Assembly (NCBI RefSeq): GCF_009914755.1
Contig: NC_060927.1
Direction: 5' to 3' (one strand)
Length of the DNA: 64,000 nt
Origin: the human T2T-CHM13v2.0 reference genome, Homo sapiens
Shown: piece by piece, positions 32,000-49,672 of the stretch
Position numbering within the stretch: position 1 is the first letter of the stretch
Layout: each line of letters begins with the position of its first letter
Program-made: the position numbers and the translations under genes
The notes under the pieces: generated by a model
The model's database searches: none
What the model saw: the letters and a program-made list of their open reading frames with translations, nothing else
Told to the model about the DNA's origin: nothing

Positions 32000-33363
32000 C
32001 CTTAAGGAATGTTTTTGGCCAAATGGTGCTTAAAAATACTGACAATATTTTACCTCAGCTTGAATCTTGTGATTATCAACTGTAGATTTTCAAGAAAGAT
32101 GCAAAAAGGCAAATGACTCAAAGCATATGTAACTAATTTAGGACCTGTTATCAACAAGGAACACAAATTGGAAATATTGCTGCATTATCCTAAAGAGAAC
32201 CCTGGGAAATAATCACTTAAAAATATATATATATTTGTTGAACTAGTTGGTCTAGTTACACAATGGAAATACAAGCATTTGACTTTTTGTTCCTTCTGCC
32301 ATTGTTGTGGTCTTCCCTATAATGATGAGCTACTATGCTTTCCTGTGTTTACTCAAAGATACAGAAAAAGGCATTATCCTCATTTCCCAATCTGGAGTGC
32401 TAAAGAGATAGGGTCATGGACACGTAAGGGGTTTAAAAGATGAGATGATGGATTCACTTTTATATTTTCCATGCTTTTACTTTAATGCTGTGATTTTACC
32501 ATATTAGGAAAGGTCTTTATATTCAACATGTTTGATTGACATTTTCATTTCGTGTCTTGACTCTTTTTGGGAAAGTTATTGCTAGAGGCTTGGAGCGGGG
32601 TTCTGGCTTTCGCAAAACAACTGTGAGTTCATCCTCCCCTGTGTGGAGATAAAGAGGAAGGGTCATGAGGGAGCAGGTTAGATTTGGGGCCCAAATGCTT
32701 GTTTTAGGAAATAAGGAGGATGAGGGGAGTAGATGTGGATAGGAAATGTAAAGTAAATATAGGGAGCTTTCTGAGAGATGCTGCAACCAAGAGACTCTCT
32801 TCTTTACCCCCTCTAAGGTACCTGCTCTAAGTGGTGTGGACTTTCAGTATGAAGAAGGGTCAAATGTATTTTGCTCAGAAAATTCAATGGGTTTTATTTA
32901 GTTTTCAAATTCAATCCATCAATAGATCATGTAATTATATGCTAAAATTCAAAAAGTATAAAAGGTTAAACAGTGAAAACTTGTTATCTCGCGTGGACCC
33001 CTCACCACTTAGTTCCTTTGAAGGCACTTTGTTGCCTTCGAAGAGGCAACAAATGTGATTAATTTCTTAATTATCATTAATTATTCCAGCGATATTTTAT
33101 GTATTTCTAAACAAATTCTCATGTATACATATTTTTTCTTTTACATAATATTAGCATAACATACCTCCCATTTGCATCTTGTTTTTTCACTTCATATATG
33201 GAACTCTTTCCTTATTCTTATGCAAAAGGTGTTCCTGTTCTATTTTTATGGTTGCATAGTATTCTGTTTTCAGTATGCACCATAAATCATTTAATCAGTT
33301 GCCTATTGATAGATGTTTAGGTTGCTTCCAATCTTTTGCTCTTATAAAAAAAGGCAAGAATCA

Positions 33364-33667
<304 letters not shown>

Positions 33668-33669
33668 TC

Positions 33670-34315
33670 ATTGTGCATTACTGGCTAGGAAGTAAAATGG
33701 TACAGCCACTGTGAAAATAGTATGGTTTCTCAAAACGTTAAAGATATAATTACCATATGATTCAGAAATTCCACTCCTAGGTATATAACCAAAATAATTG
33801 CAAGCTGGAACTAAAACAGATATATCTCGTATACCAATGTTCATAGTGGCATTATTCACAATAGATAAAAGGTGGAAACAGCCTAAATGTCCATCAACAA
33901 ATGAATGGATCAACAAAATGTGGTATATACATACAATGAAGTATTATTAAACCTTAGACAGGAAAGAAATTCCGATACATGTTACAATATGGATGAGTCT
34001 TGAACACATGCTAAGTGAACTGTCAGATACAATGAACAAATATTGTATGATTCTATTTATATGAAGTACCTAGGATAAGCAAATTCTGTCTCTATAGACA
34101 GAAAGTAGAAAGTGGTTACCAGAGGATAGGGGAAAGGGGGAAAGGGCAGTTAGTGTTTAATGGGTACAGAGTTCGAGAAAATGAAAAAGTTCTGGAAGTG
34201 GATACTGGTGATGATTACACAACAATGTGAATGTACTTAATGCCACTGAACTTTACATTCAAAAATTGTCAAAATGGTAAAATTTGTTACATATATTTTA
34301 CCAGAATAAAAATAT
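33670..34315 (+). mobile_element. L1MB-type 3' end
   Basis: 'aaatgtccatcaacaaatgaatggat', 'gtgaatgtacttaatgccactgaact'. Confidence 0.85.
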
Positions 34316-34854
34316 CACCCAAAAGTACAACAGTGAGCAACCATGTACACCTGTGATTTTGCATGTATGGAGTACATTTTCTTAATAAATTCCTAGGATG
34401 TGCAAATACATGTGCATTTGTAATATAGTTACTTAGTTAAAGATTGTTAGTTATCTTTCTACCAATTGTGTATGATGCTGCCTGTTTCCTCGTATCCTAA
34501 CATGATGTATTTAATTAAACTTTTCTCTCTCTGGCAACTTGATAGGTGAAAACTCAATTGCTCTTTTTAAGAACAATTAAAGGAAACGGTGCTTGTAAAC
34601 TTCTTTGAGGGTCTGGAATTGAGATCCTTATGTGTATGAATGGGGAAGATGAGGCGTACTTGACCTTTTAGCCTATGATCAAATGGAAGCCGTATTTGAG
34701 CTGATAATGTGAAGAGCTGAGTGATATGTTGTTCGTTAATTTTCAAATGGCCTTAACTAAAGATGGGTTAAACAGTTTGCCTAAATGACATATATGGTAT
34801 GGTTTCAACTGTACACTTTACAGTTTAAGGTAATTTCAACTTTCTTCTTGGTTG

Positions 34855-35250
34855 TTAATTTATCAAACATTTAATAATAAATAAGACATAGTGCCTGCTT
34901 ATGAGGAACTTACAGTGGGTTGGGGGAGGGTACCCAATAAGCAGGCAATTGCAATATAGGGTAATATTGGGGAGATTGTGGATTGATAAAGAAATAGAGT
35001 GGGTGGGTCTTTATCCCCAATTTGGGTGCTGAGAAGAAAGGAAAATATTTTAGAAAGGGCCATATCTGAACTGAGTCGTTCATCACAAAGAGGAGTTAGG
35101 CAAGTGGAGTGGGAGAGAAGAGAAAGGGAAGGGACGTTTGAAGACTCTGGAAAAAGAAAAGACACAGTCATTGCAAGTTGCAGAGGCAAGAGAAAGTATG
35201 AAACCTTGAGGGTATCCCAGATAGTTGGGGTGGGCTGCAGCTTAGAATGG
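34855..35250 (-). mobile_element. L2 remnant
   Basis: 'tatcaaacattta...aataagacatagtgcctgc...aacttacagt', then a purine-rich L2-like body. Confidence 0.55.
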
Positions 35251-35486
35251 AAGAGTTCCTCTGATGAGCACCTGCTTCCTATTATCTCCAAAAAGTTCAG
35301 AACTTGGACATATTTGGGGTTCTTTCTCTTGTCCAGGGGCATCTCCCAAATATGTAGCTTGAAAAAGGGTTTTCACTTTCACCCTTGGTAAGACTGTTAT
35401 CTCCATAGGGTTAGAGAGAATATTTGTAAATATTTTGAAATTCTTTTGACACCAGGACTGTAGTATGTGTAACAGGCCTACCTCTC

Positions 35487-35712
35487 CATGATCCAGAAAT
35501 TCGACTCCTAGGTATATAACCCAAAGAATTGAAAGCTGGAACTAAAACAGATAATCATATACCTTGTATACCAATGTTCATAGTGGCATTATTCACAATA
35601 GATAAGAGGTGGAAACAGCCTAAATATCCATCATTTAGTCTCCAGATTTTATCACAAAATTAAATGCTCATTTTAACAATCTAATAATAAAGATTCTACC
35701 CGTGCTTAAAAA
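35487..35712 (+). repeat. Composite local duplicate (matches 33757-33896 and 36933-37011)
   Basis: Pairwise similarity to both sites directly visible. Confidence 0.85.
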
Positions 35713-36144
35713 CATGCCCTGCTTTCTTCCCATTTCCTTGATTCCTTTTTACTCTTTAATTTACATCCTCTTATTCCTTTTTCAAACCCTCCTGAAATTC
35801 CATCTGCATTACCAAGCCTTTCTTTGAAGTATTTCCTAGTTCTGTCGTTCCCCTGGCCTATAAATCAGTTGTTTCTTCTCCAATCATTTGCTGAGGGTTG
35901 ATTCTGTGCTGGATACTGGATAAAATATGCTGAGGATACAAGGATGAACAAGACCAGTCCATGACCTCAGGTTAATATTCTCGGAACATTTTATTACTTC
36001 TATTATAGTGCTTATCACAGCCTGCCTTGTATTACAGACCATAATTAGTCTGAGCATTTTGATTCATATGTGTAGTCTGTGGCCATAGCACAGTGCCTAG
36101 GACACACAAGTGTATGTTGTCAAGACTTTTCAATTACTAATAGA

Positions 36145-36380
36145 GAGAGAGGATATTTATTGAGCATTTATTCTGTACACTGCACTTGGATAAGTACTTT
36201 ACAGCTATCTCATTTAACTTTTCTCAAAACCTTGCAGAGCCAGAATGATTAGTTCCTCCATTTCACACACAGGAAACTGAGAAACAGAGCACTTAAGTTA
36301 TTTTGCCCAGGATCAATCACACTGCTAAGAAGTAGCAGAGCCCAGATTTAGACCCGCAGAGTCTAGTTCCAGGGCACTTG
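36145..36380 (-). mobile_element. MIR
   Basis: 'atttattgagcattta...aggaaactgag...ttaagttattttgcccagg...gcagagccca'. Confidence 0.75.
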
Positions 36381-37026
36381 GTTTTGGTTGTGATTCTAGA
36401 CTAATTTTCTTCTCTCACCATTCCAGTCTACAAGGCACACAATCAACAGCACAACTTTAGTCCATGTGTAATTTTGTTTTACTCTATGTCCCCAAGGTTC
36501 TGTGGCCTGTGTTTGTATGTTATAATAAATATGAGTCCACAGCTAGGTTGCAGCATCCAGGCTGTAAACTGTAGACAACAGGTAACATCTATATTTATCT
36601 AGTTTTATGTGAAGCTTGTAGACTGATGTCTGCATTTGTGTGAGCCTTTAAATGCCATTTGATGATTATAATGAAGCTGATTTATGCTGCTTACCAGATG
36701 GGTCTCCAAGGCTGCTTGGAAACTGTGGCACAAAATGTAAGGGCAACTTGAAGATAGCTGTGATATGACCATTGATCTTTAGAGCTTGCTTTTAGCAAGT
36801 CCTTGGCGTGATTTAGACAAGGCCTTCACAAACTTGTTCACTGAAGTTTACCTACAACAGTGGACAGTGAAGCACCTACTCCTGAGATCTGGCAATGAAA
36901 CACGGAATAATCAAAGCATGTCATTCCCTGTAAGTCTCCAGATTTTATTGCAAAATTAAATGCTTATTTTTAACAATCTAACAATAATTAAAGACTATCC
37001 ATGCTTAAAAATGACAAGGTTTTCAA

Positions 37027-37342
<316 letters not shown>

Positions 37343-38554
37343 TCAATTATTTATGATCAAATAAAATGGAGGAGGTGTGGTGTTATTTTCTGCAACCCGA
37401 GGATTTGCTGGCGTATCATCTCATCATAATTCACTTGGAGGAGCACTGGTCAAATGAAACTGATGTAGTTTAGAACACGTGGTCACATAAAACAGTTGTC
37501 ATACCAAGTCAGAGTTAAGAGGGTCCACAAGGCAGTCTCTGCAAATCTGAAGTCTAGTGCTGACTATCCTTTAAATTGATTTATTTCAATAATGGTCATC
37601 TGATGTTCCTGTATGTCTGGACAGATGGGAGCTCTATTACTACAAGCAATGTGGGACCAGTGTAACATAACTAAGGAGATTAGCAGAGTCCCCCTGACCC
37701 TTGTAATTCTAAGTTAATCTGGCTTGAACCCCAGTCTTCAGTGTTCCCCATAATTTATTTGCATTCCTAAGGGCTTGTTTTCTTGCAGCTTCCTCTGTTG
37801 TAATGTTTTGCATCTGTAAGTGTTTTGTTTTGTTCTTTGTCAACCTGGATGAAAATTCAGTGCCTCTACTAGTTTACTATCCCAAATCCACTCACATCAA
37901 CCATTTCCTGAGTTTCTAACTTTATTGAATGTTTGAGGACTTCAGTCTCTCAATGATTTCATTAATTGCTCCCTCTTCTTTCTCTACCCTGACCTTCTTT
38001 TCTTCTACTCCTTCTCTCTTCAGAGCAAACAAATTTCTCTCTCTGTCTCATGCTGTGTAGTTTCACCCTCTCCCCTGAATCCTTGGCCTTAAGTGACATC
38101 CCTGCCCTGCAGGACTCATCCACCCCAAGTGGGCCTACTAAAGCATTTTCTCAACAAAGGCAATTCTCTCGCTAAGAGGAATTCTCATACCAGCTGCCAG
38201 GAGAATAAAATGTGCTTCATCTAACCCCCCTAATAATAAAGCAACAAAGGTTGAGAGTGATTTATTTTCTTTTAAAAAATAAATTAGAACAGACTCAAGG
38301 TTATCTTGGTAATAATAGCACTGTCTCTCTCCCCTGCATTCCAATATGCTGTCTTGAATGGGAGTGAAAGGCATGAAGTTACAGCTCGCTCAAAGGGAAT
38401 TGAGCATAGGGGTGCTATCTGTATGTTGCAGGGGACAAAAGAGCTTCTCTACTTTGCCTGATTACTGGTGAGTAGTTATCTAGCATCTGCTTCTACATCC
38501 CCAAAGTCGAATTTACAACCTCTTAAGCCAGGACATCGTGCATAGGGCAATACT

Positions 38555-38630
38555 AACAATTTAGAAAATTATTCTTTGTATTGAGCTGATTATCAGTCTT
38601 CTGGAGCTTCCATCCTGGTATTCTAACTAT
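38555..38630 (-). mobile_element. L3/CR1 fragment
   Basis: 'ttagaaaattattctttgtattgagctga...gcttccatcctggtattcta' resembles the L3 consensus. Confidence 0.4.
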
Positions 38631-38800
38631 TTCATGAAGTCAGACCTGACTAATTTGATTTGAGTTACATTAGTCCAGCATCATATACTATCCATCCTAA
38701 ACATACATCTGATAAGCCACTTTCTTGCTCAAAATGTCTTAGTGGCTCACCATTACACAGAGAATGAAATCTTAGCTCCTTAGCAGAACAGTGTCCTTGA

Positions 38801-39098
38801 TTTTTTTTTTTTTTTTTTTTTTTTTGAGACACAGTCTCACTCTGTTACCCAGGCTGGAGTGCAGTGGTGCCTGCAATCTCAGCCTTCCAGGTTCAAGTGA
38901 TTTGCATGTCTCAGCATCCCCGAGTAGCTGGGATTACAGGCGGGTGCCACCACGCCCAGCTAACTTTTTTGTATTTTAAGTAGACACGGGGTTTCACCAT
39001 GTTGACCAGGCTGGTCTTGAACTCCGGACCTCAAGTGATCTGCCCATCTCAGCCTCCCAAAGTGCTGGGATTACAGGTGTGAGCCACCGCATCCAGCC
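38801..39098 (-). mobile_element. AluS (Sx/Sz-like)
   Basis: Poly(T), then antisense Alu 'cctcaagtgatc'. Confidence 0.92.
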
Positions 39099-39266
39099 GC
39101 CACTTATTTTTATTTTGCTTTCCTAAGATCGTGACAGCTCCTTAACCTGCCCATCTCTCCTCAGCATCCTGTTTATTCTCCAATGGAACTTTTACCTTGA
39201 AGTCTTTTTTTGCTATCTCTAGTCAGATGAGTTGTTGCTATCACTTGTCTTCTTGTCACTTTAGAC

Positions 39267-39595
39267 CTGCTCTGTCCAATACTGTAGCCACTAGTCACAT
39301 GTGACTTTTGACCACTTGTGATGTGACTGGTCCAGATTGAGATGTTCTGTAAGCGTAAATTAAATGCTAGATTTCAAAGACTTAGTACAAAAAACAGAAT
39401 GTAAATATGTCATAAGTAGGTTTTATTTTACACCGATTATATGTTGAAATGACAATATGTTGGTTATATTAGTTTATATAAAACCTATTACATTAATTTC
39501 ATATAAAAAATCTTTTAAATCTGGCTACTAGAAAACTTGAAATTACATGCGTGGCTCTTATTTGGCTTGCATTAAAATTCTATTGAAGAATCCTG
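39267..39595. mobile_element. MER33 hAT-Charlie element
   Basis: Ends 'ctgctctgtccaata'/'tattgaagaatcctg'; 8-bp TSD ctttagac/ctttaaac. Confidence 0.85.
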
Positions 39596-39787
39596 CTTTA
39601 AACCACTATATGTGATTCAATGCTAAGCACCTTGAATTACCACTCTTTGTGTGCATTTCAGCCCCAGCAACAACAGTTTAAGCAGTCTGAGGTCAGGAAC
39701 TTGTAACCTGCTATATTCCTCACTGCTACAAAATTTGTCAGGTGTGCAATACATGCTAATGAAATAAAATAGAAAACATTTCTATCA

Positions 39788-40170
39788 GAAGAGGTCAGAA
39801 ATTCAAATGACTACAGAAACCAGGCAGGTAGCATAATTATATGAAGTAAGCTGGGTTTCATAGAAATCTTGATGTCAGGGACATGATGGGGTTGGGAGAA
39901 TGTTGGCAGGGATTATAGTCATCTGAATATTCATTGCTGTGTAAAGAGACAACCACTATGCCACCCTAGCCAAATTATTACATAGGAATAGAGGCCCGGG
40001 TTGCCAAATTTTCCAAAATTTTGAGAGAAACTGGATATTTGGATCTTTATGTGAATTAAACTGATTTTCATATATTGATTTAACTCATATAAATTTTGTG
40101 TGGACTAAGCAAAGCAAGTCAGTGGCCTTGCTGCAGCCTAAAAGTTGCCTAAAGAAGTTTGTGCTTCTCA
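39788..40170. mobile_element. MER102-like hAT element
   Basis: 'gaggtcagaaattcaaatgactacag...ccaggcaggta', 'gttgccaaattttcc...ggatctttatgtgaa'. Confidence 0.55.
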
Positions 40171-41312
40171 TCTAGAGGGTAAAATAAAATTTACAATACC
40201 ATACTACAGAAGAGTAGAAGAACAAGGTTTATTATTGTGGCTTTGATCAAGAAGAGGCTGGAATCAGAAGCTCAAATTTGCAGATCATTCAATAAACTAT
40301 TGGTAAATGATATTTCCAAACACTCCCAAATACTTTAAGTTAAAAAACATTCCCTTCTGCAGAATTTCTCAAGATGTAAGTCCTTAAGGGAAAAAAAGGG
40401 GGAGTTTGAAGGGTCTACAAAATAAGTTTATTGACAGGAGTGTGAAACTGCCAACTTAATGCAAAAGAGAATAAAATGTCTCTCATTCCACAGTTTGTAA
40501 CTGCTTACAGTTTAGGAAATGACCAAAAAACCCCATCACTGTCTGAGTTTTCAGAGCTCTTATGACTTGTGTGTTTAGAGAGGAAGTCTTGTGGCTGACT
40601 AGTTTAGCACACATGAGGTGACAAGCTTAGAATGAGCTGAATGCTGGTTAGAATAATGTTATTTTTAAATGGCAGTATGCTGCTTCTAAGGTAGATTAGC
40701 ATTACCCCTGCTTTGGTTTTCAATTCTCTGAAATACAAAATCCGTTCTCCAAGTGATGCAAAAGAATTCTGGCTTAGGATAGTATTGCATGTTGAATAAA
40801 TTCTTATTAGTAATTTATTTTTTTGTCATTTTATGATGCTCAGTAACCTGTAGTCATAACAATATCAGAATTAGCCTACCAAAGGGTCATTATTCTGTGG
40901 AGTTGGAAAATAAGTGGAGATGTAAAATTGCACTTTAATTTACATTTTGTTATTTTCCATGTAAATTGAGTACCTGAAATCAAAGATTCTATTTACAATA
41001 TTGTTTTTGAAAGTCATCCATCATGTATAAATGAGTAGATAAGAATTTCTAAAGCTCTCCTAAGCAAATAGGAAGAAGGAGCATGTTATAAGACGAATCA
41101 ACGTAATATTTTCTCTTTTTTTTCTTTAATTTTTAAATTTTACTTTAAGTTCCGGGATACATGTGCAGAATGTGCCGGTTTGTTACATAGGTATACATGT
41201 GCCATGGTGGTTTGCTGCACCTATTGACCCCTCCTCTAAGTTCTCTCCCCTCATCCCCCACCCCCCCAACAGGCCCTAGTGTGTGTTGTTCCCCACCATG
41301 TGTTCTCATTGT

Positions 41313-45154
<3,842 letters not shown>

Positions 45155-45217
45155 CATGATGCTATCTGGTTATTTTGCACATTAGTTGATGCTGTTTCTT
45201 CATAGTGTCATTGGTCT

Positions 45218-46243
45218 TTATATTTTGGTGTATGTTTGCAGTGGCTGGTACTGGTTTTTCCTTTCGATATTTACTGCATCTTTCAGGAACTCCTCCAAGG
45301 CAGGCCTGGTGGTAAAAATCCCTCAGCATTTGCTTGCCTGGAAAGGATTTTATTTCTCCTTCACTTATGAAGCTTAGTTTGGGTGGATATGAAATTCTGG
45401 GTTAAAAATTCTTTTCTTTAAGAATGTTGAATATTGGTCCCCAGTCTCTTCTGGCTTATAGAGTTTCTGCTTGAGATATCTGCTGTTAGCCTGATGGGCT
45501 TCCCTTTGTAGGTTGCCTGGCCTTTCTCTCTGGCTGCCCTTAACATTTTTTCCTTCATTTTGATCTTGGAAAATCTGATGATTATGTGTCTTGGGGTTGA
45601 TATTCTCATGTAGTACCTTAGTGGTGTGCTCTGTATTTTCTGAATTTTCACATTGGCCTGTCTTGCTAGGTTGGAGACGTTCTCCTGGGTAATATCTTGA
45701 AGTGTGTTTCCCATCTTATTTCCATTCTCCCCATCTCACTCAGGTACTCCAATCAATTGTAGGTTCAATCTTTTTATGAAGTCTCATATTTCTTGGAGAC
45801 TTTTTTCATTCCTTTTTCATTCTTTTTTCTCTAGTCTTGTCTGCATGCCTTATTTCAGCAAGGTGGTCTTCAAACTCTGTTATCCTTTTTTTCTACTTGA
45901 TTGATTCAGCTACTGATACTTGTGTATGCTTCACAAAGTTCTTATACTGTGTTTTTCAGCTCCATCAGGTCATTTATGATCCTCTCTAAACTGGTTATTC
46001 TAGTTAGCAGCTCCTCTAACCTTTTATCCAGGTTCTTAGCTTCTTTGCATTGGGTTAGAACATGTTCCTTTAGCTCAGTGTAGTTTTTTATTACCCATCT
46101 TCTGAAGTCTACTTCTGTCAATTTGTCCATCTCATCCTCCATCCAGTTCTATGCCCATGCTGAGAGATGTTGCGATCATTTGGAGGAGAAGAGGTACTCT
46201 GGCTTTTTGGGTTTTCAGCGTTTTCACATTGATTCTTTCTCAT
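45218..46243 (-). pseudogene. Disrupted L1 ORF1
   Basis: TPRHIIIRFSKIKMKEKMLRAAREKGQ and a coiled-coil fragment in separate ORFs. Confidence 0.88.
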
Positions 46244-47689
46244 CTTTGTGAGTTTGTCTAGTTTCGATCTTTAAGGCTGCTGACCTTTGGATGGGGTTTT
46301 TTGTGGGGGCCTTTTTGTTATTGATGATGCTGTTGTTGTTGCTTTCTGTTTGTTTTTCTTTTAGTGGTCAGATCCCTCTTCTGTAGGGCTGCTGCAGTTT
46401 GCTGGGGGTTCACTTCAGGCTTTATTCATCTGATTCACTCCCACACCTGGAGATGCCACTCAAGGAGGCTGCAGAGCAGCAAAGATGTGTGCCTGCTCCT
46501 TCTTCTGGGACTCTGACCTTGAGGGGCACCAACCTGATGTCAGTAGGATCACTCCTGTATTGGGTGTCTGACAACCCCTGTTGAAGGGTCTCACCCAGTT
46601 GGATGGCACAGGGAACAGGACCCATTTAATGAAGCACTTTGACTGCCCCTTGGTGGAGGGGGTGTGCTTCACTGTGGGGAAACACACTTGTCTGGGCTGC
46701 CTGGATTCCTCAGAACTACCAGGAGGAAAGGCTAAGTCTGCTGGTCCACAGAGACTCTGACCACCCCTCTCCCTAGGGTCTCAGGCTCTGGGAGACCCTG
46801 GTTCTGTCCCTGAGCCTCTGGCTGGAGTTATTGAAGTTCCTGCAGGGAAGCCCTGCCCGGTGAGGAATGAGGTGTAGAGTCAGGCCTGAAGAGGCAATCT
46901 GGCTGCAGTCTGCCAAGCCAATGTGTTGGGCTGTGGAGGACACATCATGGGACCAAGCCATCCAGCCTCCCTGGCTCCAGCAGGGGAAAAGCATGGCCTG
47001 GAGCTATAGAGATGAATGCTGCCCTCCCCTGACCCAGGGAGCTTAGCATGTTAGGCAGTTGTGAGTCCCAGTGCTGGCTGCTGCCCCTCCCCCAAGGAGC
47101 TCAAGCTGCTTAGACAGCAGGCAGCTACAGCTGTGGTGCTTGTTGCCCCTCTCCCTGGAAGCTCAACAGCTGAGAGGCTGTTGAGAATCTGTGCAGCTTG
47201 GGGGTTGGGATGCTAGGCCCCAACAGCATGGGTTCACAAGTGGGATCTTCTGATCCGGGGGTTGCACAGTTCTGTGGAAAAAGCACGGTTTCCTCAGTTG
47301 GGTAGCATGCTCACTCACTGCCTCCCTTGGCTGGGGGTTAGGGGCTCCCCTGACCCATGTGGCTCTCAGGTGGGCTACTGTACCACACTTCTCTTCCTTC
47401 CTCTCCATGTATATCGCACCAGCCTCCTAGTCAGTTTTGATGAGAGAACTTGAATACCTTGGTTGCCGGTGAAGGATTCACATGCTTACTCTGGTTCTTT
47501 TCCATGGGAGCCTCTGATTGCTGCTGTTTCTAGTCAGCCATCTTGGCCCTGCCCTCCTTCATAATATTTTCTTTACCCAGACAAATTATACTGTGTATTA
47601 ACAGCTAAGAACAGTTAGTAAAGAAATTTGACATGTATTCTGATTGTTAGTTGAGTAAATATCAATGAGTTGAAAATTCATTCTGATCT

Positions 47690-47875
47690 GTGGCTAGCCT
47701 TTGATGAAGTTTTAAAATCTTTCTGTTCCTCAGTTTCCTCATCTTTAAAGTAGTTGTAATGATCCCATTTATCTCATAAGCATAATCATATACTGGTATA
47801 GGACATGGTGAGACTCCTGGAAAAGTGTTCTGAGATATGAGCAGATGGATGTGGTTGTTATTTCCATAGTATGTT
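47690..47875 (+). mobile_element. MIR
   Basis: Core 'cctcagtttcctcatctttaaa'. Confidence 0.55.
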
Positions 47876-48172
47876 AGTAAGACAAACATGTTACAAGAAC
47901 AGCCTGGGTTGCTTTATGGCATCTTACTGTTTACAAAATTAAAGAGCAGCTGTTATATTATTATTTAGCCCCACAAACTTGTTATTAAGATTAGAATAAC
48001 TACACAAATTAAGATGATCATATATAAACTATATATTTGCATAAATGATAAAATAATAATGGAAATCTCTTAATGGGAAAGAACCACTCAGACATCTAAA
48101 TAACAATAAACTGTCATTTTCTATATTCCCTTCCAGTTCTAGTCCAATACTTTTGACCTTTTTAGATTAGAA

Positions 48173-48733
48173 TGGTAGAGGAGGAAAAGTAACTTTTTCC
48201 TCAACCCTCATGGGTTCTTAGTTGGAATGAATCCCCATAACAAAAGACAGATTAACTAGAGAAAAACAAACAGAAGTTTACTAATATATTTCGTATATAT
48301 GTGGGAGATACCTAGGGGCTGAGTAATTCTCAAAGAGGTAGTTTTGAATTCTAGCTTATATAGCATCTTCAGCAAAGAATAGTAAATTTTTAGAGTAGTG
48401 ACAGAACAAAGGAAGAGAACTGTGTCTGTAGGGACAGGAAATTGTGAGAAGGCAAATAAATGGCACATAAGGGCTAGTTAGTAAATCTTGTTCATGTAGA
48501 GTCATCTGATGCCATCTCCAGGCCAATAAGAGTCTAAAATTGTCTTCAGTGCTTAACCTTTGTCCTCCCTGCTAGAGAAGGGGGGAGGGATACTCTTGTC
48601 TTTCTAAATTTATATCCTGCTTTTAGGCAATTAGAAAGCAGAGAGCTTTCCTGCCCTCTCAATTGCCTTGGGTTCAAAACAGTCCTTAAGCCAAAGAAGC
48701 ATATTTTGGGGTGGCATGTTCTTGTCTCCCACA
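48173..48733 (-). mobile_element. MER34-family ERV1 solo LTR
   Basis: Minus strand starts 'tgtgggagacaagaacatgccaccccaaaatatgc'; 'aaaagacagattaac' motif. Confidence 0.8.
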
Positions 48734-48989
48734 TAATCATAATAGAGATAAAATTTACTACTCTCTTTTGTAACAATATACTCTATTTCCCCATATTTTG
48801 CATAGTTTTTCAAACTGCCATTTTATATGACTGTGTAATGTTCCATTAGATACAAGTATTATAATGTACTTGACCATATTCCTATTGCTGGTAATCTGTC
48901 TTTATCTAAAAAGGAGTAATGAAAAGTTAAAAGTGTTCCACTGTAGCTGGTAGAAATTGGTCAATGATGAGGAAAGGCTGTAAAGTGTC

Positions 48990-49250
48990 ACTTTAACTCT
49001 GGGGTCTTGTACATAGGAGTGCAGCTGAGGACAGTAAGTGAAGATACAGATTTGGGAAATATCAGCACGTAGATAAGTCATTCAAGACATGGGGACTTGA
49101 AATGAGGCAGGATTAGTGTAGATAGTTCAAAGAGTAACTGAGGACAGGAATCTAAAGGACAGCCACATTTAAGGACAAGCAGAGGGAACAAAGTTCAAAG
49201 GAGATGAAGAAGGAGTAGTCAGAAAGAAAGAGTAATGTCACAGAAGCCTG
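48990..49250 (-). mobile_element. L2 remnant
   Basis: 'gatacagatttgggaaatatcagc...ccacatttaagga'. Confidence 0.55.
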
Positions 49251-49519
49251 CTGAGGCCTGTGTTAGTCTATGACTTACACAGGGGCAGAACTGACTCTGG
49301 AATCTAGGGCTATTGATTTCAACTCCAGGTAGAGTTCTCCCACCTTGTAGGTAGGCACGATTCTCTCCTTTAACACTGTTTTCTACCTGGTTCCCATCAA
49401 GGACAGGATGCCTTCAGCTACAGATCTGTTTTGATTCCTTTAAATTGTGTTAGTCTCTCAATTTAAACACATAAACAAAGTCTAAGAAGGGACAGCTTGG
49501 TATAAAAGTTGTTTTGTGT

Positions 49520-49672
49520 ATTTCTACTGGTATCTTACAGCAGTGATTGGCAAAAACTGGTTCAAGGACATTGGAAGTTCAGTTTCAGTAGCCCTAAATT
49601 GGGGTCCAGGCTTTTATTTTTTAATGATTTCCCAGGTACTTCTGATGAACATTCAGGTTTGGGAAACTTTGG
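49520..49672. mobile_element. MER5-like remnant
   Basis: 'tttcagtagcc...tcccaggtacttctgatg...ggtttgggaaac'. Confidence 0.5.

Noticed and set aside
31779-32045. ORF with poly-His/HT repeats (and the opposite-strand VC/V ORF)
   Set aside because: Translation of the (GT)n(GGT)n microsatellite.
34899-35391. Overlapping 147-aa and 130-aa ORFs on opposite strands
   Set aside because: Lie in a purine-rich L2 remnant; no recognisable domain.
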